Assembly: GCA_038851325.1 (NCBI GenBank)
Contig: JAWCKZ010000002.1
Location: 71,888-135,887 of the forward strand
Direction: 5' to 3'
Length of the DNA stretch: 64,000 nt
DNA from: Candidatus Bilamarchaeaceae archaeon
Lineage (GTDB): Archaea; Micrarchaeota; Micrarchaeia; Anstonellales; Bilamarchaeaceae
The notes under the pieces were generated by a model. That model did no database searches. It was not told the origin of the DNA and was given only the letters and a program-made list of their open reading frames with translations. Both the position numbers and the translations under genes were made by a program. Below, in pieces: positions 40,387-50,100 of the stretch. How positions within the stretch are numbered: the first letter of the stretch is position 1; every line of letters begins with the position of its first letter.

Positions 40387-43300
40387 CTAGCCTTTGTCCC
40401 TCTCGTTTTTCTCAAGAATCTTTATCTGCGGCTTTTTCTTCTTTTGCTGCGTCATGTATATTACTACAAGTGCTGCCAGTAGAATAGAGGCAATTATGAG
40501 ATATAGCGCCATATTCCCTTTCCCTTTTATACTATTTATGTAATCTATAAGTTTTGTTCCTTCGCTTATCGCCTTTACATAGTTTCCAGCGGCAGCAAGA
40601 GACTCAACATTTCTTTTCTTGCTTTCTATTTCAGATATCTGTTCTCCAGATAGTTCAGGTCTCCTTGCTGAAAGGTGCTCATCAATCTCATCCAATTTTC
40701 TGTAGGCATTTGTAGACAATAGCCTTAATGTTTCTTCCATCTTTTTAACTGCGGTTGGTATCTCCTTCTCAATCTTATTCTTTGCACTCCTCATGTCCCC
40801 TTTTTCCAGCAATCGTTCAGTTTCCGAGAGAAGGTTCCTGACTGAGTTTGGCTGTATTGGAAAGAGACTCTCCATACCTAGACCTTTTGCATCCTTGTGC
40901 TCTCTTTCATATTTTTGCAGGACCTTCTCAACACTCTCTCTTACTTCTTCTAGTTGTGCTCGCATTTCCTGAAGTTCTGCCTGTCTTTGGGAAATGAGAG
41001 AATCCTTCATTTTATTTAAGTTATCAAGGTCGGCGAGCACAGTAATCATATCTGTTGCCTTTTCAGTTGCGAGCAATACGTTTATGTCATCCTCAAGCTG
41101 TTTTAATGCCGATGATGCATTTTCATTGTCGTATTCTGCAAATTCTTTCTTAAGTGATTCAAACTCCTTTTTCGCTTGCCTGCTTACAGCGCTCACCTCT
41201 CCCTTTAACCAATTTAAATCGATCTTTTTCAATTCGTCAATTGCGAACCGTATCTCATTCTTCGTTGCGTTCTCTGATATAGATAGCCGTGATAACTCGC
41301 TTTCAAGAGCCTCCTTTCTTATCTGGAGTTTTCTCACTTCGGTATGATTTGCTATTCCTAGCTGATTCGCTTTTGCTATGGACTCATTCAGATCTTTTAA
41401 TTCGTTGGTCAATCTTCTCATGAGGTCGTGATATTCCTTTATAAGCGATGATTTTTCCTTCTCCAACTCAGCACATTTCTTTTTTAAATCTTCGAGCCTT
41501 TTTATTGCCTCTTCGTATCTCCCTTCGTTTAGCAATCTCTGTGTCTCTTGAGCAAGCTGGCGTATCTCAGGTTCTTCTGAATTAGCATATTTTCTTAGTT
41601 CTTCTTCTATGTACTTTGGCGGGTCTGTTATGGTGTAACTTATGTGTACTGTAGCCTCCTCCCCATTTTGAACATCATAGAGCGTTATGGTATGCGTTCC
41701 GAGGACGTTTTCCCGTGTGCATCTGTGCCTTCCGCATGATATCTGAACATTCGAGACATACCTTTCCTCTCCTATATCTGCAAACACTGGAACCTCATTC
41801 AGCTCTATGTTTGCCTTTACTTTTATGAAATAACTTACAGTGGCACTTGCACTTGATGCCGTTACGCTTGCGTCACTCTTTGTTTCTGTGTATGCATTCG
41901 GCACAGTACGTTGGTTCGTGAGCGTGTGGACGCCCTCTGAGAGCGGTCTTGAGGGCTCAAGGCCATCTATCAAGATGTTTGTTGCCCCCTCCGGAAGCGC
42001 AATCCTCGCGCCATCCACATCAAGTTTGAACACTACCTTTTCATTGATTCTTGCACTTCCGTCCCCGAGTCCGACTGCCTTTATCTCTTTACTTCTTGTT
42101 GTTGCGAGGAGAACGCTCTTCTCAAATGAGATCACTTTTCTCTCAAACGGCGCTATAGATGTAAAGAGTATCTTCATCGTTTTTCCTTGTGTGCTTACAC
42201 TAAGTATATCGGAAGTGTTAGAAACAATATTTGAATACATGAAATTAAAACTCCCCTCAAGAGGAACAGTTACCTCGATCTCTTCCCCACCATAGCTCTT
42301 TGGATTTATGATGGTAACGACGTATGTTACCTCCGTTGGAGCGTCTATGGCAACTGGCCCCATCAAAAACGACGTTTCCACAATAAGCTGATTTGCAAGA
42401 GCAGCATTTCTTTTTTCTTCGTCAGCCTCCAGGGCTTCTTCTATATCTCTATATTTTTCAGCGAGTGATTTAACGCCACAGACCGCCAGATAGTTTATAC
42501 GACCGCTTATTACAATGCCGCTCTCAGCACCTCTCATTTCATCCAGAAGTTCATCCGCATTTGCAGCAGTGAGTCTCTCATTAAGCTCCGTTCTTTTTTC
42601 TTCTACTGAGGCATATCTCAGTCGAACTGCACTCTCAATCTCTCTTTTTATCTCATTCAGCCTTTGGACAGCAGTGGGAGGCTTATTACTTTCTATGTAT
42701 CCGATTTCTGCCCGCCAACCTGCACCGCTTATCCCAGCACATCTCTCTGCATCACTGATGAGCTGTTTGAGCTCAGCAAGCAGCGTGTTGTACAACATTT
42801 CCTCCTCAGCACTTTTTCCAGAGACGCTTTTTGCGATCTCTGTTGCTTGGATGTACAACTGATACTTTGCACCCAATGTTGAGGCCCTACTTGCTTCGTC
42901 GTATTTCCTCCTTGCTTCATCTAAGATTGATTTTGCCTCGTTGCCAAGATTTTCTTTTGCTATCTTATTCTCAGCAGCCTTTATCGCTTCCTCAGCCTCG
43001 CCCCTTCTAACTTCCACTACCTTTTCAGCGTCTGCGATGATGGTGTCAGCGTTACCTATGGAAGAATAATCATCAACCGCTCTCTGCATCTCAGTGGTAG
43101 CCGTCAGGAAATAGTTATCTCCTTTGCGAGCGTAAGCACTCTCAGCGCTCTCATAGTGCCCCTCAGCGCTCTCTGTAGTTTTCTCGTATTCCTCGGCCCT
43201 CTCTGCAATTGTCCCCTCTGCGATATCGCTTCTCATCGCGCTTCCAGAGATCGGAACTGCCTCGGTTATTTTTTCTAGCTCTTCTTCTTCAATCTTGTAC

Positions 43301-44295
43301 AATCCCTCTTCTGCTTCTGATTTTTTTCTGCTTGCGTTCTCCCTAAGTTCATCGTATGTCCTTATTGCTTCCTCCTTGCTTTCATTTCCCATCTCTGCCA
43401 ATTCTGTGAATATCTTAACAACACCATCGTTTTTCTCATCTCCCCATATAAGAATCATAGTGCTATAGTATAGCGTAGAATTTGGTCCGCTCTCCAATTC
43501 AGTACTGAGATTTCGCATATTTCTTCGCACGAGATTTATCTTTCCATAAGTAGTCTCTTCGGCTCCGCTATCAACGAATGTAAATGCCCTTTCCATCTCT
43601 CTGCATTTTTCACCAGCAGTCCAGATATAGCCTCGCTCGCAAAGCCCAGTGCGTTTTAAGTCTTGGTACACCATTCGTGCATATAAGACTGTTTCCGTGG
43701 CGTTTTGTGCACTAAGCTCCAAGGCATCCAGCGCAGCATTCATCGTGTCTTTCCAATTGTTATTGTAATCCTTGACTGAACTTTCAAGCTCACCATAACC
43801 AAACAAATCCAAAAACATACCACCAGCGCATCCTGCGACACCAAAGACAATCGCGCCAGCTGCCGTACCAACTCCGGGAACAATGCTTCCAACTACAGCA
43901 CCAGCTCCTCCTCCAGCCAATGCCCCAGCAATGCATCTTCCAATGACCGAATCGGCTTCAGCTGCTCTGCGAAAACTTGAGAGCCTCTCGGTTACGACAT
44001 CGTATTTTTCGTCTGCATTTCTTTTGTTTCGTAGTGCCTCAGTGAGTTTGGAGTTTACCGCGTTGTTGTTCGTTCTTATTTTGCTTAGGTTCAGCGCCTC
44101 AAGTGTATAATGATAATCTGAATAACAAGGCGTTTTCCCATCAACCAGACAGGCGTGCTTTCTCTCCCAACCATAATCTTGCCATGGCCTATCTATTCTG
44201 TTTTCAGAATTAACAGCAGAATTAATAGCACCAACAAATCCGCAATAAAAAAGTAAAATTAACAATAAACTGGCAAAAATTTTGTTTATTTTCAC
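40387..44295 (-). CDS. Giant surface protein: signal peptide, glycine-zipper hairpin, coiled coils, Ig-like region, C-terminal TM
   Basis: CIAGALAGGGAGAVVGSIVPGVGTAAGAIVFGVAGC; heptad regions; beta-rich middle; LYLIIASILLAALVVIY-MTQQKKKK. Confidence 0.8.
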   Translation of the reverse strand: MKINKIFASLLLILLFYCGFVGAINSAVNSENRIDRPWQDYGWERKHACLVDGKTPCYSDYHYTLEALNLSKIRTNNNAVNSKLTEALRNKRNADEKYDVVTERLSSFRRAAEADSVIGRCIAGALAGGGAGAVVGSIVPGVGTAAGAIVFGVAGCAGGMFLDLFGYGELESSVKDYNNNWKDTMNAALDALELSAQNATETVLYARMVYQDLKRTGLCERGYIWTAGEKCREMERAFTFVDSGAEETTYGKINLVRRNMRNLSTELESGPNSTLYYSTMILIWGDEKNDGVVKIFTELAEMGNESKEEAIRTYDELRENASRKKSEAEEGLYKIEEEELEKITEAVPISGSAMRSDIAEGTIAERAEEYEKTTESAEGHYESAESAYARKGDNYFLTATTEMQRAVDDYSSIGNADTIIADAEKVVEVRRGEAEEAIKAAENKIAKENLGNEAKSILDEARRKYDEASRASTLGAKYQLYIQATEIAKSVSGKSAEEEMLYNTLLAELKQLISDAERCAGISGAGWRAEIGYIESNKPPTAVQRLNEIKREIESAVRLRYASVEEKRTELNERLTAANADELLDEMRGAESGIVISGRINYLAVCGVKSLAEKYRDIEEALEADEEKRNAALANQLIVETSFLMGPVAIDAPTEVTYVVTIINPKSYGGEEIEVTVPLEGSFNFMYSNIVSNTSDILSVSTQGKTMKILFTSIAPFERKVISFEKSVLLATTRSKEIKAVGLGDGSARINEKVVFKLDVDGARIALPEGATNILIDGLEPSRPLSEGVHTLTNQRTVPNAYTETKSDASVTASSASATVSYFIKVKANIELNEVPVFADIGEERYVSNVQISCGRHRCTRENVLGTHTITLYDVQNGEEATVHISYTITDPPKYIEEELRKYANSEEPEIRQLAQETQRLLNEGRYEEAIKRLEDLKKKCAELEKEKSSLIKEYHDLMRRLTNELKDLNESIAKANQLGIANHTEVRKLQIRKEALESELSRLSISENATKNEIRFAIDELKKIDLNWLKGEVSAVSRQAKKEFESLKKEFAEYDNENASSALKQLEDDINVLLATEKATDMITVLADLDNLNKMKDSLISQRQAELQEMRAQLEEVRESVEKVLQKYEREHKDAKGLGMESLFPIQPNSVRNLLSETERLLEKGDMRSAKNKIEKEIPTAVKKMEETLRLLSTNAYRKLDEIDEHLSARRPELSGEQISEIESKKRNVESLAAAGNYVKAISEGTKLIDYINSIKGKGNMALYLIIASILLAALVVIYMTQQKKKKPQIKILEKNERDKG

Positions 44296-44373
44296 ACTCT
44301 CAACCCTATTTATTGTTATGTGTAAAAAACTTTAAAAATATACGCACAAAAATCTGGGTGGCGTCTGTTGGCG

Positions 44374-47082
44374 CTATTCTTGACCACTAGTATGCGCCTG
44401 CGTCCATTCCAGATAGGACTCTGCGTTATATGGATTGTCTGTTGGGAACTGCGGTTGAACGCCATACTCGCTAAGCTTTTTCCATGATGGGCAGTAAGAG
44501 TTTTCACAATTTCTATTCAGCCAGGCGTAATAGCCCATCTTCTTAAATATCCCATACCTGTTATCATACTCTTTGCCTATCCTGCAATCAATAAACTCTA
44601 AGAAATCGTTTGCCTTGTTGTAGCAAAGGCTGCTTTTCGGTTTACATTTGCCACTCGCATCTTCTTCGCATCCTTCTGGGCATACCCCATTTTCATCAGG
44701 TTCGCATACAAGAGTCTTTGCTTTGCAGTATTCATCTACCCAACATTCAGAGGGAGAGGTGCCAGAGGGACACATATCAGGGGTATCTGTTTTGTCTTCC
44801 CATACGCCGGAATACTCATAGAGCGCAACAAAACCAATAAGAATATCTTTTTTTTGCTGGTTTCCTTCTATGCCAAACAAATCTTTCACCTTTTCACAAT
44901 CATCGTTATGCTCTTCCACCCATCTTTTTGCCCTTTTCATATCGTCTGAAAGATGAAGCGCACCCGCGCATATAGAATGGCTTGAGTTAAATGGATTATA
45001 CTCTTCTGAGCAGTAGATCTTCACTGAGGTTGGGTCTATTTTGTATCCTTCTTCATATATATCTTCATGCGGTCCGTCTGTACCATCTTCTCTGTACTCT
45101 GCTGGCCAATAGGTATACGGGGGTACCATTACCTGCATAAGCCCCATCCCACGGAAGGTATATCGAGGCGGTGTCGCTTCCGAGTTCTCAAAATAGCAGC
45201 CAGCGGTGCCTCCGCTTTCTTCATAGCGCGGGTCGTACATTTCAGGGTAGCCGAGCCTGTATGCTCTAGCGCTGCCAGGGATACACCATTTTGTTTTAGT
45301 GTTTCGTCCTTTTTCTTCCACCTCTTCTTCACGATCACCTTGATATACCTCAACATCCGTGATCTCTTTTGGAATGTCTACGCTTACCTCGAATTTACTC
45401 CTAGTTCCTGGTTTACATATGGCTGCAATTGCGCAGGAGTCAAAAGAGCTTTCACCGAGTGCAACAGCACGAAGGAGCATTGGATCAAGGTTAAACCTTG
45501 AAGCATAATATTCAAATTCAGGATAACCGGTGCATGCATAATCTGGAAGGCTACCGGGCATATGTTTTTTTAATACTGGGTAAACCACAGTTATATCCTC
45601 TGCTTCAGAAAGACAGGCATCGCATCTCCAAGGAGACTCTATTTCTGTTTGATACGTTGGCATTACTGGGTTGAGGAGATCTGTGTAACCGCCTTCTCTG
45701 GAGGTCAACAGGCTATAAAGCGCATCTGTTGAGGACTCTCCGACGTCGCATATTCCTCCTGGTACATTTGAAAAATGTATTGGTGGAATTGCTGTTCCGA
45801 TCTTTTCGACATTGGTACCCTCTCCCTTTTCAAATCCAACATAATTTTGGCAATTCCCAAACCACGCTACCTTTCGCTCATATTTCGTTGTCACGCCACA
45901 ATCTGTGCAGTGAAGCGGGTTGTTCCATGACCCGCCTTCTGTAGTATAAAGCGCTGCGCCTATAACCCCAACTCTACTCAACGCTTTTATTCCATATATA
46001 AAGAATGAGTTGTAAGCATCTGTGACAGCATTTTCGCTCCATGTGCATTTATTGTTAAGGTCGCTCCCTCCGGAGTCTATTAAGATGTATGGTATTATAG
46101 ACGGTAGACCGTATCGGTAGAGCGCATAGCTCGAGAACTGTCTTCCATCTTCTATTAATCTGTTGCCGTTGCAGTCATACTTGTTCGTTCCATTTATATA
46201 ATGCGAGTTTAGGCCATAGGCAACCAAATGGATATACCGCTTATATGCTCCTTCTCCATATCTTGCATCTATACTATTTATGACGGCATCGAGGGCAGCT
46301 TTGTCTCCGATCCTAGGCGCAACAGCAACCATGCAATATATCTTTGGTTCGTTTGGATTCCTGAAATCGTTGCAGTTTTCGTTTATCGCTATAACCTGAC
46401 CAGCAACGTTCTCGACAGCCTCTGGATCGCTGCTGTTGAACTCTAGTTCGGTAACTATTACTACTGGTCCGACTGGTCCTTCCACACTACCTTGTGTTAT
46501 TATGGGAAGACCTTCTTTTCCAAGTATTCTCGCAATCTCTCCAGCACGGTCGACGTCTATGTTTTTTCCTTCGCTGTAAAGAACATAGACTGGTAGGGTT
46601 TCCTTATCGAGCATGCAGATCGCGCGGCTAGCATCGGGCAAATCGTATGGTCTATACTCGTTTGCCGTGAGCCAATGGACAGCCATACGCAATCTGGCAT
46701 TACATAATCCGTTTGCTGTTCCAAAGTCCGCGAAACTTGGTCCTTGGCCTATCATTATTGGTCGCCAGACATACTCCTGACCTAGCTGAGAGCTTGTATT
46801 TCTGTATTCAGTTAACTTTGTTTCGTTACAGGCAGTATCGAATATGCATCTTCCACCAACAATGGAAGAGAAAAAGAATCTATAAAATGCCGGACCTCTC
46901 TCGCACACCATGCACGTGCAGTTTCCTAATGTGCACTCCCCTTCTGGAGAGAGAGCTGGTGTCCGGGACATTCGTATTAAATATTCATCGGCATAATTAT
47001 TGCCGCCAAGCGTTTTTATACATCCAAGGGTAATGAGAGCGCATATAAGAAGCGCTATCATGGTCGGTCTAGTTTTGTTCAT
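44374..47082 (-). CDS. Large Cys-rich lipoprotein-like protein with lytic transglycosylase (SLT/GH23-like) domain
   Basis: LITLGC lipobox; ASRFNLDPMLLRAVALGESSF, GMGLMQV, PFNSSHSICAGALHL, ALYEYSG. Confidence 0.75.
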   Translation of the reverse strand: MNKTRPTMIALLICALITLGCIKTLGGNNYADEYLIRMSRTPALSPEGECTLGNCTCMVCERGPAFYRFFFSSIVGGRCIFDTACNETKLTEYRNTSSQLGQEYVWRPIMIGQGPSFADFGTANGLCNARLRMAVHWLTANEYRPYDLPDASRAICMLDKETLPVYVLYSEGKNIDVDRAGEIARILGKEGLPIITQGSVEGPVGPVVIVTELEFNSSDPEAVENVAGQVIAINENCNDFRNPNEPKIYCMVAVAPRIGDKAALDAVINSIDARYGEGAYKRYIHLVAYGLNSHYINGTNKYDCNGNRLIEDGRQFSSYALYRYGLPSIIPYILIDSGGSDLNNKCTWSENAVTDAYNSFFIYGIKALSRVGVIGAALYTTEGGSWNNPLHCTDCGVTTKYERKVAWFGNCQNYVGFEKGEGTNVEKIGTAIPPIHFSNVPGGICDVGESSTDALYSLLTSREGGYTDLLNPVMPTYQTEIESPWRCDACLSEAEDITVVYPVLKKHMPGSLPDYACTGYPEFEYYASRFNLDPMLLRAVALGESSFDSCAIAAICKPGTRSKFEVSVDIPKEITDVEVYQGDREEEVEEKGRNTKTKWCIPGSARAYRLGYPEMYDPRYEESGGTAGCYFENSEATPPRYTFRGMGLMQVMVPPYTYWPAEYREDGTDGPHEDIYEEGYKIDPTSVKIYCSEEYNPFNSSHSICAGALHLSDDMKRAKRWVEEHNDDCEKVKDLFGIEGNQQKKDILIGFVALYEYSGVWEDKTDTPDMCPSGTSPSECWVDEYCKAKTLVCEPDENGVCPEGCEEDASGKCKPKSSLCYNKANDFLEFIDCRIGKEYDNRYGIFKKMGYYAWLNRNCENSYCPSWKKLSEYGVQPQFPTDNPYNAESYLEWTQAHTSGQE

Positions 47083-47166
47083 AAAACTACCCTATGTATA
47101 ATCATCAATTTATGCAATGGATCAGATAAGGGAAGAAAAAAAATAAAAAAGAGATGTACACTCAAA

Positions 47167-50100
47167 TTATGCTGCAGCCATGTAAGCCCATGTATGTTTG
47201 TTTATCTTATCTGAGTATATCGTAGCTCCGCATCTGCATCTTTCCCCTCTCATGTGCGGCGTGCCGCATCTGGCGCACCAGACATGAGAGCCTGCCTTAT
47301 GCGGTGTAGCTGCTCTCCATAGTCCATCCTTTATCTGCGTTGCCATGTCTGCAATTCTGACATCCCATGATGCGCTTACGCCATACTTTCTCTTCTCTGC
47401 GTATCTTCCGACTGCGTCCCTTATTGTCATGGATGTGGGGAACGCTGGAAGTGGCATGTGCCATGCGAACATGAATGGGTTGAACCAGCCATAGATTGGG
47501 TTTTGTGCTATCCCAAAGTGTCTTATCTCTTGATCAAATTTCATTGCAAGAGCCTCTGCAGCAACTGTTCTTCTTATTGTTGACCTCATAGCTTGTTCCT
47601 GTATTTCCCTGTCTGCAATATATGCTGCATCCCTGTTTCTCCATAGATAGCTTGCCAGTGCTTCGTCTAGCTTAAGTTCATATCTGTGCGTATAGTAGCT
47701 TGCACCTGGATTGGCTTCTCCCACCCTAGCATACGCATACACGCCTGTCCTTCTGAAGAAGAAGTCAGACGGGCTCTGTCTAAGACCACCCATTATCTCT
47801 GCCCCTGCTGTGTGGCGCTGCTCTGCGGTTGTTTGCCAGGTCTTTAGTTTTGCTAGTTTTCCATTTCCAACAATAAGGTGAAGAGGTGCACTCATCATTT
47901 CACGAAGTCTCGGCTCTGTGTATCTAAATGGTTCGTATGAGTCTGCAAGGTTGTCCCATCTAGATGGTGAACCATGCGCAGCAACCTGGAAGCTTCTGAA
48001 CATGTTCACGAACGGTTTATGTACCTTACTAGCAAGGTCCATAGGCCATCCATAGAGCGCGTAGAACCCTGCCCATTCCCCACCGGTCATTGTTGCTCTA
48101 ACATACTCCTTAATACCACCAAGAAGGTGTCCAGGTCCGTGGTGGAAAAAGTGCTCTGTGACCTGCAGCAAACCTTGCGAAGCTGTTGTTCTAACACCTC
48201 TGTCTATGCACCACTCCCAAGCATGGTGGTAAGGGAAGTGAGTTGCCACAACATTCCGATAAGCGCTTTTTTCAGCAGCACTCATATCCTTCCAATCCTC
48301 CCATTTCTTCGTGTAGAAGTTCGCGGCGAGTCTGTATGAGTGTTGTCTCAAATACTCTGTTTGTGGTACTATGTCATAAGATGCATCAAACACCGGCCCT
48401 GCACCCATAAGCGTTGTTTTTACTGCATAGGCGCCAAGGTCGGTCTTAAGATTCCTCCATGCAGTCATTAGCCATCTTGCTTTCTCGTTTTCATTCATTC
48501 CAAGCATTCTAAACGTTTGTGGGGCGATTTCCGTCACTTCTCTAACTGGCTTTATCTCAAGCGCAGTATCTCTCCAGTACTTCTGGTAGTCAGACGTACT
48601 TCTTCCATGTTGCATCACAAGTGCTGCGAATATCTTTTCCCTCTCATAGTCGTACCCGTTCTCTCCCTTCCATTTCTTTACGGCATTTATGAAAACATCC
48701 CAATCTGCACCTGGTCCCTTTTCTTTTAGTTTACTGAATTCAGCCTGAAGGTCAGGTCTTCCCTTGAACTGTATAACAACATCCTCTGGAACAAACTTTC
48801 TCCACTGCCCTTTATTGTCCCTCAGGGCAACGTCCCCATAAACCTTATCTGCTATACTAAGCGGCATTCCTTTTCTGTAGTATGCGAAGTCGCCTTCATA
48901 GAGTTGCACAAGTGGTCTTGAAGAAGTTAAGATGTCATCAAATGTTACCCCTTTCTTTAGTTCTGCCATAAATTCCTTTTTGTATTTCTGTACTATTTCT
49001 TCCCTGAAAATCTTGAGTTGTCCTACATCTGATGTACTCATGGCCTTTACACGATTTAGGTCTGGGTGATTCTCAAGCAACCCTTTGTCCTTCATTGCCT
49101 TTTCATAAAAGCCAAGCAATATCCCCACGTAGAAGTTTGCTCTTTCTCCGAATTTTCCATAGGCGTCTGGAGCAAACTGTGAATTAAACCTCTGCTCGCA
49201 GTCTTGTCTAATCTGCTCTAGCACCCACTCCCTCTTTGCGTTGTATGTCCTCTCCTCGACGCTCCACTTAGCTGAGCCTGGTCTTCTGTTGAGCTCTGCC
49301 TCTATCGATGCCTTGTAGGGTGAGATGTTAGATCTTGTGAATCTTGATTCCACCCACTGAGCTATTGCATATCCTTCTGCTGGTTTGAGCTCGCCAACCC
49401 ATGGTCTTTTCATATCAAGTTTAAACCACTCCTTCGCAGGTCCTACCTCCTTTGGTTCTCCGAAACACGCTACCCTTCCAAGTCGGTCCTCCTTCAATTT
49501 CTCAAAATCCTTTGGAACTCTTCCGATACCGTAGAGCATGTCTATTATCTGTTTTACAGAAGCAGACTCTGCCGGTCCATTTATACTCTTCGCAAGCGCT
49601 TTCTTTCCTGCATCTGTCATGAGTGCAAGGAGCATTGCTTTGTTGCTAGCTTCTATCTTTTTAAGCTCTGAGATGTTTGCTCTTATGAATTCTGGCAACT
49701 CGTTCGGGTTACTTGTAGGAATAAGACCAGTTACCCTGTTTCTTACTTCCAGGACTGTCCTCCATAGCGCCTCCTTAAGCCCTCCTTTCATATAACCATT
49801 TTCAGCATCCCACAGCAAGGTTCTAAGGACAGCTGTCTCCCAGATATCGCTGCCGCAAATAGAAGAGCGTCCAACTACTGTGTAGAATTTATCTGTTATC
49901 AATGCCTTGTTAACTGCGGCCGCTGGGACTGTTTTCTCGTGCTCTGCGAGTATCTCGCGCAGCATAAGGTATTTTATGTATCCATCTTCCTTTCCATACA
50001 TTTTGTCTATCTCGTTAAGCCTTTCGTTGAATTTAAAAAGCGAAGTATCTATGACTGCACCATGCGCTTTTGCAAGTGCTATGAGCGCAGCAAGCTTATC

